Shown here: piece after piece, positions 50,166 through 62,045 of the stretch
Numbering within the stretch: the first letter of the stretch is position 1
How the letters are laid out: each line of letters opens with the position of its first letter
Assembly (NCBI RefSeq): GCF_009834535.1
Contig: NC_045696.1
Location: forward strand, 92,692,001-92,756,000
Length of the DNA: 64,000 nt
Reading direction: 5' to 3'
Source of the DNA: Camelus ferus
Taxonomy: Eukaryota
Program-made: the position numbers and the translations under genes
The notes under the pieces: generated by a model
Seen by the model: the letters and a program-made list of their open reading frames with translations, nothing else
Told to the model about the DNA's origin: nothing
The model's database searches: none

Positions 50166-50723
50166 TATTACCAAACAAGAGTCCGTGTGCCCAATGCACA
50201 GTGAAGCCAAACAAACCGGAGCAGAGAAATGTTTATTGCAGGGCCAAGAAAGGACGGGCAGCTCATGCTTGAAAAACCCAAACTCCTTGATGGTTTAGCG
50301 GGAAGAGTTTTTATAGGCAACCTGGGGTGAGGGCTGCAGGGTGTGTGCATTTCCTCTGAGGGTCGGTGGTGAGGGTGGTGAGGTAACAGGGCGGTGCTCA
50401 CCCTTGTGCTCAGCCTGAGGTTGCCATTCTCCTCCTGGGTGGGGGCCTTAGTTCCTGCAGAAGAACTCAAAGGTACTGTTATGTATATTCCTTGAGGAGG
50501 AACCATGGACCCTGCCCCAAGGCTGCACTATTGTTTCTTGACTGTTCCTCCCTGGGCTCTCCATTCCCTCCCTTCCCTGATTAGCAATCTGTTTTGAATC
50601 TGCCCTTTGGAACTCGGGGAAGGTCAAGGAGGCTGAAGGAGGCCTATTTCCTACAAACAAGAAACAGAGGACAGGGACAGGATTTGTACCAGGGAGGCCC
50701 CCACAGGATCCTGCTCTGTTTCA
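50166..50723 (-). mobile_element. ERV1 LTR related to the one at 6396-7000
   Basis: Shared blocks tttattgcag, gaggtaacaggg, ttagttcctgcag, ttgaggaggaac and the terminal cctgctc-gtttca. Confidence 0.8.
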
Positions 50724-50845
50724 CTGTGTATGAGGAAATATGCTCAGCACTGGCCATGCATTCACAGACACAGACATAGTAAAGAGACACAGTCCCTGAC
50801 CTGCAGGCTAGTGGGGAAGGAGGGGAATAAAAAGGAAAGCCTAAC

Positions 50846-51454
50846 TGTTGGTTTATTGAAGCAGGCAGATAGCTAGATAGCTATATATGAGCGGAGAAAG
50901 CGGGGCACGTGCCAAATGACAGGAAACCCTACATCATGTGAACAACACGGGTCCTTGGGCAGACCGAGAAAAGCAGGAACCTCAGGACTGATAAGTGATC
51001 ACACATTTCGTGGTGACAAGTGGCCTGGAGACCGACAAAGAAATGTGGGAAAAGGCAGGAATCTCCAGTGTCTGAGTATAACCTTTTGTTCATTATGACC
51101 TTATTACAATAAAGTTAGCCTTGCAGATTAGAAGTACCCATCATGCACCAACACCATGACACTTCTGATCCAGACTAAATAGGACAAAGATCCCTCCTTC
51201 CCCAGGGAAGGTGGAGTTGGGATGAAAAGCAGGGAGTATTACCCCAAACCCTTCCCTTCCCAGTGGATACTCTGCCCATTCATTGTTATACTCTCTGTTG
51301 CCAAAGAAACTCAGGGCAGCTGCTCACCTGAGCCTGCCCACTCTCCCCTTGAAAACATACTACCTATCCCTTAATAAATCCCCATTTTACTTTCTTGACC
51401 TCTGAGTCTCATCTCTGAATTCTTTCTGCGACAAGAACCTAATTGCTGGCAACA
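50846..51454 (+). mobile_element. ERV solo LTR in sense orientation
   Basis: Inverted termini TGTTG...CAACA; AATAAA at 51373-51378 followed by a U5-like tctctgaattctttctgcgacaagaacc. Confidence 0.8.
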
Positions 51455-51509
51455 AGTTCATCAAAGTACAAATTAAATTTTATGTTTTGTGTGGTTTGGA
51501 CCTACTTGA

Positions 51510-51850
51510 GATAGTGTTTAGAAAAGACCTCTTTGTGGATGTGATATTTAAGCTGAGACCTCCAGGGTAAGGAGCCGGCTTGGTGGTGGTGATGGGGTGG
51601 GCAGGGGAAAAGGGAAGAGGGATCAGGGCATTCTAGGCAGAGGGAGCAGTAAGTGCAAAAGCTCTAAGGCAGGAATGAACTTGGTTGTGTGCAGACAGAG
51701 AAGGTCAGGGTGCTGAGTGTGTTCTGAGGCACAATGAGTGAAGTAGGAAGTAAGAAAGAAAAGATAGACAGGGCCTTGATTATGCAGCAACTTGTCTGTG
51801 AGCCAAGGAGCTCTGACACTACTTGAAACATAATGGAAAGCCATTAAAAC
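51510..51850. mobile_element. L2 LINE fragment
   Basis: ggcattctaggcagagggagcagtaagtgcaaaagctctaaggcaggaatgaacttgg. Confidence 0.7.
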
Positions 51851-52630
51851 AGAAATAATAAACTGAAATCTGTGATCTCTGCCTCAAGGCATATTCTATG
51901 CCCAGCACAGTGTGTCACCAACACTTAATTTTAATTTCAAAATAGGATGATTTCACATAGATGTTTAGATTTGAAGCTTCTCTTGAAAAAAAATCTAAAG
52001 ATCTCCCCATACTGAGCTCCAAGTGTTTGGTGAAGGTTAGGTGTAACTCGGTGTGGGGGTTTTGCCAGACAAGTGCAGAGGAAGCAGAGGGGGACTGGAG
52101 TTGAGCCTATTTTCAAGGAAATGATTATAATGCTAAATCACAGAGTCTAAGCTGGGTAAGATGGCTGCTGAAGACAGAGGGGACTGATGAGTAGGACATG
52201 GTGACTGAGTGGATTGGTCATCTTAATGAGCTCAAAGAATCATTGCTATGAAATATTTTCACAAGTTAACCAGAAGAACAGGAGGTTGTGGTGGGAGGGT
52301 GAGGTGTTAGGGCTGTGATTGCAGATGTTGTAATTTCTGATGAAGACAAGATCCAGGGTGTAATCGTGGGAGTGGATGGCTGACGTAGGATAGAGGGAAA
52401 AGTCACTGGCATGAAACAGCCAACCACCTGAGAGATGAGAATGGAGGGAACTGAGGTGAAGAGAAACGCGTTAAGTCAGATGCTAAAGTCTTCAGTGAAT
52501 AGGAGATTGACCTGGAGATCACAGGATAACAGCCTTGATCACTCCTCAGTCCTGAAGAGGGTGGGGGGAGGGTAATACTTTAGGGAGCAAGGACGTTTTG
52601 ACCTCACCTCCTGATCCTCGAGTATATAAG

Positions 52631-52993
52631 GTTTTAGTTATCTCAGGCTGCTATGACAAATTACCATAGACTGGGTGGCTTAATCAAGAGACATTTATTT
52701 CTCACAATTTTGGAGGCTGGGAAATCTAAGATCAAGATGCTACCAGATTCATTTCCTGCTGAGAGCCCTCTTCTTGGTTTGCAGACTGCCACCTTCTCTC
52801 TGTGCGCTCACAAGGCAGGGAGAGAGGAAGCTCTGGTCTTGCTTCCTCTTCTTTTAAAGACAATCCCATTATGGGAATTCCACACTCATGATCTTCTCTA
52901 AACCTAATTACCTCCCAAAGACCTAATACCAGCATGGAGGGTTAGAATTTCAGCAGAAAATTTGGGGGAGACACAAATATTCAGTCCATAACA
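52631..52993 (-). mobile_element. MLT1A-type MaLR LTR
   Basis: ggctgctatgacaaattaccatagactgggtggctt...ggaggctgggaaatctaagatcaagatg...acacaaatattcagtccataaca. Confidence 0.85.
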
Positions 52994-53894
52994 ATGGGTG
53001 TGTTAGAAAAGTGGGATGGTTGACTTTAAAACCGGAAATCAGGCTAGAAACTGGGGTGTTTTTGAGGGTGTCCCATTCAATTTTTTCTTTTTCTTTTGAT
53101 TCTAAGAAAATTCACATTAATATCCAAGTGAGTCAGAAAATGTAATTCCACCTAATTAATATCAAACTTCCAAAAAAGAAAAAAAATCACAAACAAAAGA
53201 CTTCCAAAAAAGTCTATTATAGACACAGTCTTTGTGCCTATGGTATTGTGGGAAATTAAGAGATGGGCAGGGAATCTAAAAGTGTGGCTTTTTGTGCATA
53301 CTTCTCTGCTCGCAAAAGCAGCATATCCAGTGAGTTCTCTGAGGTCACCAGCAGCAAAAGGAGCAGGGTCCCTTGGTGGAGCAATCCAGGAGAATGTTAA
53401 ATCTCTGTTAACCTATAGAAATCCTGGGGCAAGGACCACACTTCTCACATCAATGGTTAGTGGGATGATGCTGAAATACTGAGAAGGACATTTTGAGAAA
53501 TCTAGAGGACTTAGAGTCAACCAGGTGGCTAACATCTGGGGTATAGAAAAAAGGACTTTGGGATGGAAAGTAGGGAGAACAAACTGGGCTGTCTTCAACT
53601 AGGAGAGTGAGAGGGAGAAGAAAAGAGGTAAGAGATACAGGATATTGGAAAAGCAGAGGAAACAGAATTAGGCATATAATTGCCCATGAAGAAATCTTAT
53701 TTTTTTCATTTATTAACTAAAGCTATTCAAAATTTGTTAATGTACAGAATTTTTGTTTTTATTTGAAATAGTGATTAAGGATTTTGGTTGTAGTGTATCT
53801 TTTTATTTGGATTTTCCCCAATATAATTTGGGTTGTACTATCACTGGAAATTTATAGGGATTTACGTGATTCAGCTGATTGCCTTTGTGGGAAT

Positions 53895-54150
53895 CAGTGT
53901 TGTGGTTAAGTGCACAGACTGAGCCAACTGGCTTGAACTGAATCCCAGCACAATATCCCAGCTCACCACTTCTTGGCTGGGTGACCTTGGCTACTGGCTT
54001 AATGACTCCGTAAGTGCTTCCTCTTTAAAACTGGATTAATAATAGCGCCTACCTCATAAAGTTGCTATGAGGAGCAAAGGAGTTAATATATGAAATGTAT
54101 TTAGAACAGTGCCTGGCACAATAGTAAGCAAGATTTAAGTGTTTGCTATT
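53895..54150 (+). mobile_element. MIR SINE
   Basis: tcccagctcaccacttcttggctgggtgaccttgg...cctacctcataaagttgctatgagg...ttagaacagtgcctggcaca. Confidence 0.8.
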
Positions 54151-54278
54151 GTATTTACTTTCCATTGGCTGAGACAATATATTTTATTCCTTGAAGGAAA
54201 TCCTCATATTAGGAATCAACATAATCTATTTTGACTTTTAAAGGTAGCATAAATTAAAAAAACTTCCAACAGTGTACC

Positions 54279-54475
54279 TGGACTGTCCAATATGGTAGCT
54301 ACTAGCCACTAGTGACTAAATTAATTAAAATTAGTAAAATTAAAAATTCAGTTCCTCAGTTACACTAGCTACATTTCAAGCACACAATAGCCACACATGG
54401 CTATTACCTACGAAATTGGACCGTGCAGGTATAAGACATTTCTGTTATTGCAAAATGTTTTATTAGAGCTGGCAA
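54279..54475 (-). mobile_element. MER3-like hAT-Charlie DNA transposon
   Basis: ctgtccaatatggtagctactagccac...aaaattcagttcctcagttacactagctacatttcaag...tagccacacatggcta. Confidence 0.75.
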
Positions 54476-54959
54476 ATAGTGAAACCTCCCTCCCATTCCT
54501 ATCCCCAATCCCTCAGCTCAGGGACAATCCCAGTTAAAGATTTCTTGCACAGCTGTCCATGACTCAGACACAAATTTTTTACACGAATATTATATAATTT
54601 ACAGTGTATCGCAGCTTATAAATGTCTTGATTTTTTTTAAATTGCTGTATATAACATTTCTTAGTTTCAGGTGTACACCATAATGATTTGATATATGCAT
54701 ATAGTGCAAGATGATTACCACAAGTTTAATTAATTTCCATGTATTGATTTTTGGAATATGTCCGCTCCTTACACTTAATCAATTAACAATTTAGAGCATC
54801 TGATATTGGAGTTAAGCAGCTGTGACAATCCTGAAAACACAATTCAACTATAAGAAATATGCAGTCTTGTTATATTTGGAAGCAGGTGGAAGGAACAATC
54901 TACTTAAATTTTCTTTCTTGTGGGGCACGTACTACCCACACTGAACTGAGTTAAGCGAG

Positions 54960-55800
54960 TTGAAAGTTACCCTCTTCCACCAGCTTGGCCGGGAATCCTG
55001 CGGCTCCCATCCCCGACCCACAGAGATATCCTGCGCTGTGGGAAAACCCTGCATAAATACTGGGGGTCACAGTGAAGATGCCTCCTAACGGGCTGGGAGG
55101 CCCGCCCCCGGCGCAGAAAGAAGCGAATAGCCGGCGGTCGGGCCACTCCTAGGCTGCGGAGGAGACTCGTGGTCTCGCGCGGCGGCCCCACCGGCGAGAG
55201 GAGCGCGGATGCCGCCGTCCTCCCGCCCGCGGAGAGCGGCGCCCCCTGCCGCCCGGTCGAGGAGGTGGCGCGGGCTCGCAGGAGGCCGGGAACATGGCGG
55301 GGAGGCCCGCAGCCCCAGCCTCGCCGCCGCCGGACCGGGACGGAGCGGCGCCCAACGTGGTGGCGCGAATCTCGCAGTGGGCCGACGACCACCTGCGCCT
55401 CGTCCGGGTACCGCAACCCCGCCGGCGGGGCAGTTGGTGGGCGCGGGGCCGCGCGGCGCGAGCCGGATGGAGACGCGTCGTGGGGAGGCCCCGGCAGCGG
55501 GCCCGCCGGGCCGACCGGCCGGGGTCGCGTGTGCGGGGCCGCGCGGGGCGCGCTTCGGCGCCGGGCTTGACACCTCAGAGAGCGAGCCTCAGCCCAGCGC
55601 CGGGCTCCGGCGGGTCCTGTAGAGCAGTTGGGGAGGGCCGGGCAGAGCCCGAGGGAGGGCGCGTAGCTCCAGTAGTAGGTCTGGGGAAAGAGGGGTGTTC
55701 TTGTCTTTAAAAAGTGAAGCGAGAGGCTACAGGGGTTCGAACAAGGGCGGGGGACGTCTTAGGCGACCAGGCGAGAGAGGACTGTGACCAAGACCACGGT
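54960..55800 (+). promoter_or_regulatory. C3orf33: C3orf33 CpG-island promoter and first exon
   Basis: Extremely GC/CpG-rich region spanning the start codon. Confidence 0.85.
55294..55407 (+). CDS. C3orf33: C3orf33 homolog, coding exon 1
   Basis: Strong Kozak context aacATGg; MAGRPAAPASPPPDRDGAAPNVVARISQWADDHLRLVR|gtaccg matches the recalled human PNVVARISQWADDHLRLVR; 114 nt. Confidence 0.92.
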
Positions 55801-55899
55801 GATGATTTTTTTCTTTGTGAAAAAGAGAGGAATCAAGGGGGCTGCCTGCTTCGTGGATGGTGGTGTAAGTCGCTAAGGACGAGTTGGGATAAATGATTT

Positions 55900-56470
55900 G
55901 TTGGGAAAGTCCAGAGAGCTTATTGCACATGTGAATTTGACTTCTCAGTAAAGATGTGAACTTGAAGATGGTCATTAGACTTCTAAACGTAACTACATGT
56001 TGTAGGCAACTAGACAGAGGAATCATGTGAGAAAGGAGATCAGAACTGGGCATATAACTTTGGGAATGAGCTTCATAAACCTTAAGTAGTATTTAAAGCT
56101 TGGATGATGTCTTGGAGAGAGTTAGGAAAGCTCCTGAAGAAGCCCTAGAACTGAGACCTGGGGGCTTCTCTGACGTTTAAAATTGGGGGAGTGAAAAGGA
56201 GGAGGCCAGCAAAAACTTGGAAGGAACAGACAGGGAGGAGGAGGAATATCAGTAAAAGCAGGTGTCCTGGAAGCCAAGGGAAGAGAATATTTTCAGATGA
56301 AATGATTAACTGTGTTGAATTCTGCTGGGAAGTTGAGTAGGATCATCAGCTTTGCAAATACTTTGCAGCCAAGCAGCGCTAGAGCCAGGACCTTGTCTGT
56401 TTTCACACACCAGTGCAGCATCAGTCCTTAGAGTAGTGCCTGCCACTTAGTGCTAGATAAATATTTGTAG
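55900..56470. mobile_element. L2 LINE fragments
   Basis: aggagatcagaactgggcatataactttggga, ggtgtcctggaagccaagggaagagaata, and tagagtagtgcctgccacttagtgctagataaatatttg. Confidence 0.6.
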
Positions 56471-57265
56471 CATTGATGAGTCGTATTATATGTGTTTTAT
56501 ATAAATACATATATACGTATCTTAATTGACAAGGCCTTGGTTCTCCCAGTTAAGCAGGAAGAAATTCATGGGTAATTTCAAATTAAAAAATAACCTCAGC
56601 AGGAATGGGAGAGGAAACAGTGTTTAAGTTAGCACATGGATATAGTTAGTATTCCAAATAACCCAGTCACAGAATGTACCCTTGTGTAGGTTTTCAACTC
56701 CATTTCGTACATGCTTAGGGAAGACGTGTTAGAGGACCACTGTCATTGAGGGAGTTGCAAGATCCTTTTTATTTAAACATCTTTATGTACATTTCAGTTT
56801 CCACGAAGCACTTTAAAAACATCGCTAAGTTTTTCCCAACTGTTTGCCCACATGTATTTCCCAGGGTGCTCTATTTTAAGATTTTGGTGATAAAGTTTTC
56901 TACCAGATACTTAAATTCCCCCTGCAGACTCAGGGTTATGGAGTTCCTGTGGGCCTTGCGCAAGAAGTATTAGACTTTTTCATATATTCAAGAACTTACG
57001 GTTAAAGCAGTATAATCAATAGAAAACAGTACAATATTATGTATATAATTACTGTGCATGCCAGATGGTTTGGGAGAAAAAGGGGAAAATTAATGGGTGG
57101 GTGGGCAGTTAGTTTTTTTTGGGAAGAAGTGGGCCTTTAGTTGAAGGATATGCCTTATTTGGGCAGTTAGGTGTAGAAAGGATTTTTTTTTTAATCTTCT
57201 AATTAGTACTTTTACTACTGTGAATAATAATTAGTGAGAATTAATCATTCAATCTCTTTCTGAAG

Positions 57266-57325
57266 AGCATCAGCACTGTAATGGCCATAGCTGGAGTAAC
57301 GTTACTTCTAAGAAGCGTCCGACTG
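57266..57325 (+). CDS. C3orf33: C3orf33 homolog, coding exon 2 (hydrophobic segment)
   Basis: ctgaag|SISTVMAIAGVTLLLRSVRL|gtaagt; 60 nt; phase 0 at both ends. Confidence 0.88.
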
Positions 57326-58004
57326 GTAAGTTAAAATATGAAAAAGACATTTTGAATAAGCAATAGATAGTTAATTTTTCTCACTTCAAACTGTTTTTTA
57401 TCTTAAGCAGTGTAACATTATGTTATTCATATTAGAAGCTTTTAAATAGTTTTTTAAAACAATGAACATACTTTAAGGTCTTGGTTTAAAAGTAACACAT
57501 CCACGGGATTTTATGGAATGTAATTGCACAGCCTGTATTTCCATAATCACTTTTCTCTGTGGATAAAAAGGAATCTGAAAAAGATTTAGCCTGCTAGAAT
57601 GATATAATCGCTCAAAAGTGTTTTCTATAGTGGCTTTAGATTTAAATCACAGTTGAATTATGTCCCTTAGAGTGGAATAATTTATGCTTTCCCTTAGTGT
57701 ATTTTTTTGCCCTTTCAATAATATTTTAAGACATTGTAAAAATCCATTTGGTAATTCAAGATTTATTAGTATTTTTTAATGTACCTGATTGTTGCCTTAG
57801 GATGTAATTTCAGTGCCATTAAGTGGGATGGGGCTATTGCTCCTGTATTTATTTATTTCCTTCACTTATTATCTCTGTACTGTTTTGCATTATCATTGAC
57901 TGCACCACATTACTCTACCATACTGCGTCTTTACTAGCTGTTACCTTTTCACCCAGCCTCCAATTTCAGAACTTTTATCTCTTTTTTTAGTGCCTTGAAC
58001 TCTT

Positions 58005-58830
58005 TTTTTAAAAACTGAGATATAATTGACATACAGCACTGTGTAAGTTTAAGGTGTACAGCATGATTTCACTTACATCATAAAATGATAACTGCAGTAA
58101 GTTTAGTGAACATCCATCATCTCATATAGATGCAAAATTAAATGGAAAGAAAATTTTTTTCTTTATGATGAGAACTCTTAAGATTTACTCTGTTAACAAC
58201 TTTCATATATAACATACAGCAGTGTTAATTATATTAATCTGGTTGTATAGTAGCTCCCTAGTACTTTATCTTATAACTAGAAGTTTGCAACTTCCAAATT
58301 CTCCCCCTCTGATAACCACAAACCTTACCTCTTTTTCTATGAGTGGATTTGTTTTTGATGTAAGATTGCTCTACAATACTACATTACTTCCTGTCCCACA
58401 ACATAGTGATTTGATATTTCAATAAATTTCAGAATCATCATAAGTCTAGTTATCATCTGTCACCATAGAAAGACATTACATAATTATTGATTGTATTCCC
58501 CACTCTGTACATTTCATACCTGTGATTCATTTATTATGTAACTAGAAGTTTGTACCCCTTAATCTCCCTCACATATTTCTCTCCTTCCCCCATTCCCCTC
58601 CCCTCTGGCAATCACCTCTTTGTTCTCTGTGTCTATGACTATGTTTCTGTTTTGTTATATTTGTTCGTTTGTTTTTTTTTTTTTTTTAGATTTCACTTGT
58701 AATTGTTATCATACAGTATTTGTCTTTCTCTCAGGCTTATTTCACTTAGCATAATATCAGCTAGGTCCATCTACACTGTTGCAAATGGCAAAATTCCATT
58801 CTTTTTTATGGCTGAGTAATATTCCATTCT
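58005..58830 (-). mobile_element. L1 3' end (L1MA/artiodactyl type)
   Basis: tgagatataattgacatacagcactgtgtaagtttaaggtgtacagc...ttcacttagcataatat...ggctgagtaatattccatt. Confidence 0.8.
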
Positions 58831-58889
58831 ATATTTAGTTGTTCATGGCTTTTTAGTCTCCTTTAAACTTTTACTCTGACTCCATTTTT

Positions 58890-59510
58890 TTTATATTTTT
58901 TTTTTATTGAAGAATAGTTTACAATGTTGTGTCAATTTCTGGTGTAGAGCATAATGCTTCAGTCATACATGAGCATACATATATTTGCTTTCATATTCTT
59001 TTTCACCATAAATTACTACAAGATGTTGAATATAGTTCCCTGTGCTATACAGTATAAACTTGTTTATCTATTTTATATAAATTAGTTAGTATCTGCAAAT
59101 CTCAAACTCCTAATTTATCCCTTCCCACCTCCTTCCCTACCCCAGTAACCGTAAGTATGCTTTCTATGTCTGTGAGTCTGTTTCTGTTTTGTAAATAAGT
59201 TCATTTGCCTTTTTTTTAGATTCCACATATAAATGATATCATATGGTATATTCTTTCTCTTTCTTGCTTACTTCACTTAGAATGACAATCTCCAGGTCCA
59301 TCCATGTTGCTGCAAATGGCATTATTTTTTCTTTTTTATGGCTGAGTAGGATTCCATTGTATAAGTATACCACAGCTTCTTTATCTAGTCATCTGTCAAT
59401 GGACATTTAGGTTGTTTCAATGTCTTGGCTATTGTATATAGTGCTGAAATGAACATTGGGGTGCATGTATCTTTTTGAATTAACATTCCCTCTGGATATA
59501 TGCCCAGGAG
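58890..59510 (-). mobile_element. Younger camelid/artiodactyl L1 3' end
   Basis: ttttattgaagaatagtttacaatgttgtgtcaatttctggtgta...ggatatatgcccaggag; TSD tactctga(c/a)tc(c/t)attttt at 58872 and 59511. Confidence 0.85.
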
Positions 59511-59551
59511 TACTCTGAATCTATTTTTAATTTTTGCCTCTTGTGACTAAC

Positions 59552-59720
59552 TTTTTATTTTATTTTATTTTATTTTATTTATTTTTTTTTATTTTGGGGG
59601 GAGGTAATTAAGTTTATTTATTCATTCATTTATTTTTTTAAAATGGCAGTACTGGGGATTGAACCCAGGACTTCATGGATGCTAAGCATGTGCTCTACCA
59701 CTGAGCTACACCCTCCCTCC
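59552..59720 (-). mobile_element. Camelid tRNA-derived SINE
   Basis: tRNA-Ala-like head, AATTACCTCCCC block and (AAAAT)n tail. Confidence 0.9.
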
Positions 59721-60869
59721 AAGAAGTTGTTGTCTTATAGAATGTCCTACAATCTGGATTTGTGTTCCTCTAGTAGATTCAGTGAAAAAAGGTGATGGTG
59801 TGTACTACTTCCTGTGTCCTGCATCAGGAGACATACAGTGTCTCTCCCAGAACATTATCCCATCTAACATAATTAATAGTCCCTTTGTATCATCTAATAC
59901 CCAGACCTTGATTGTCTCAATGGTGTCTTTTTTAAAATAGGTGATATGTTCAAATCAGGATTCAAACAATCCATATACGGTATCTGTTTGTTATATCTCT
60001 TAAGTCTCATTTATTTTATAACAGTCTGCCGTCACCTTCCTCCCCCCTCATTATTTTCCTCAAGCCATTGATTTGTTAGAGCAACCAAGTCATTTATGCC
60101 ATTGAATGGTCCACATCCTGAGTTTGTTTGCTACAGTATTTTTCATGTGTGGATATTTGTTTTTAAATGTTTAGGTCAACTTTACTGTTTTAGGAAATTG
60201 GGTACCAATTTATCTTTCTGTATATTTGAGGTTTTTACTTAGCCTTGATTATGAACGAAGCTTGTCCCTACACTACTGTTAATGTGGAAGACATAGGTGT
60301 AAAATGTTGACTAACCCTAACCCCAGGGTGTTACCTAAGTGTTAGATAATTTAAATAAATTCTCACTGTTGGTCTTTTTTTTTTTTTTTTTTTGCCTTTT
60401 TCTCCTGTGAGATAAAAAGTAAGAAAAAAAAAACTTGTTGATTAGGAGTTGTAATTTAACTTGCTCAGCTTTGGTCAGATCCTTCCAGCAGTACCTGCAT
60501 GAACAGATGGTGCATGTGTAGAATAGAATAGTGACTGTTTAACCTGATTTGTGTGGGGCCAGGCTCAGACTCACTGCTTTTTGATGAATTGTGTCATATT
60601 TTGAGGACATAAGCTTTTAGAAGTTAGGAGTTTGTTTAATTTTCCCTATATAGTAACTTGAAATAGTAAAATTATGACTAAAGATTTCTATATAATGTTC
60701 CTGTAGACATTTTCTGTTAAATCATATTAATATTAATATAAAATTAAGAACCAAATTCAGAATTTTCGGTGGTAATGTCTTCTTTGAAATGTTTAGAGAA
60801 TTTGACATACTTAATTTTAAAATGAAAATAGTAATAAAATATTGCATTTGTCTCCTTGTAAATCAACAG

Positions 60870-61017
60870 ACCTCAAAATTCACAAGTTCTTCAGATATTC
60901 CAGTAGAGTTTATAAGAAGAAATGTTAAACTACGAGGACGACTTCGCCGCATAACCGAGAATGGTTTGGAAATTGAACATATTCCCATTACTGTACCTAT
61001 TATATCTTCATGGAGAA
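60870..61017 (+). CDS. C3orf33: C3orf33 homolog, coding exon 3
   Basis: caacag|TSKFTSSSDIPVEFIRRNVKLRGRLRRITENGLEIEHIPITVPIISSWR(K)|gtaagt; 148 nt. Confidence 0.93.
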
Positions 61018-61229
61018 GTAAGTCAGGTGCAAAAATGCTGACACTAAGTAACTATTTTAGTGTTTCTTTTTTAAAAGTTATTTATAAAAAAGCAAAAAAT
61101 GTCATTTTAAGTTTTAATAACTATCCCTTGTCTGTGAAAGTCCAAACTCATGGTTTATATACAAGGAACTGTTTAATTTGGCTCCTTATTTCCTTCCTTC
61201 CCTCCTTTTTTCTTTCAACCTCTTGGTAG

Positions 61230-62045
61230 TTCATTCAGGCATTCAAGCATTTATCCCACAAATACGGAGCCCCTGTTATGTTCTAGGCTCTACACCAGCT
61301 ATATGTGCTGAGTGAAACAAACAAGACCATCTACCCCTCTGGGCTTACAGTCCAGGTGAAAGGTAGGCAACAAACAAATGAAAACTTATCCAAAAAGCTA
61401 TGAAGAAAAAAGGATGAGAATTATTGGAGGTTGGCAAAGGGGGAACCAATACACATTGTGGTAGCTGAGCAGCTGCTGTTTAATCAGGGACCAGAAGAGT
61501 GGGAGGGGCCTGGCGAGGAAGAGCATGCGTGGGAGTGAGCGTGGCTCATGAAAGCTCATGTGGCCAGGGCGTGGGGTAGAAGGGACAAGTGGCACCAAAG
61601 GAGGTTGGCAAGCTGGGCAGAAACCAGATCTTTCCTGCTGCAGTTCCCGTTTGTCCCTGCTTCGTGGCAAAGACCCCAGCCACACAGACCTTCCTGCCAC
61701 ATCCACATGTTCTCACGCCCTGGGCACGGTTCTTTGCCTGGAGTGCCTTAGCTTCTGCAAATTCTTTAGGATCTAGCTCAAATGCCAACTCTTCTGGGAA
61801 GCTCTCCTTAACTCCCAAGCAGAATTAGCCTCTTTTTTTCCTATGCCCCACAGCAATTTGTACACACTGCAATTACAGTACTGAAACACATTTTCCTGTA
61901 ATTATGTACTTAGGTTTATATCCTCCTACTAAACTGTGAGCCCCTGGTGGTCAGGGACCTTTTCCTTTCTATCTCATTATTCACAGTTCCTAGAAAAATA
62001 ATTGTTAGCCAACAGAGACTTGGCACAATTTATTGAATGAATTAA
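61230..62045. mobile_element. L2 LINE fragments in two orientations
   Basis: tcattcaggcattcaagcatttat, tctagctcaaatgccaactcttctgggaagctctcc, and ctaaactgtgagcccctggtggtcagggacc...ttgaatgaat. Confidence 0.65.

Noticed and set aside
54967..55710. Multiple long Pro/Arg/Gly-rich ORFs on both strands
   Set aside because: Expected from stop-codon scarcity in a CpG island. Only 55294-55407 has homology support; the ATG at 55209 is treated separately as a finding.
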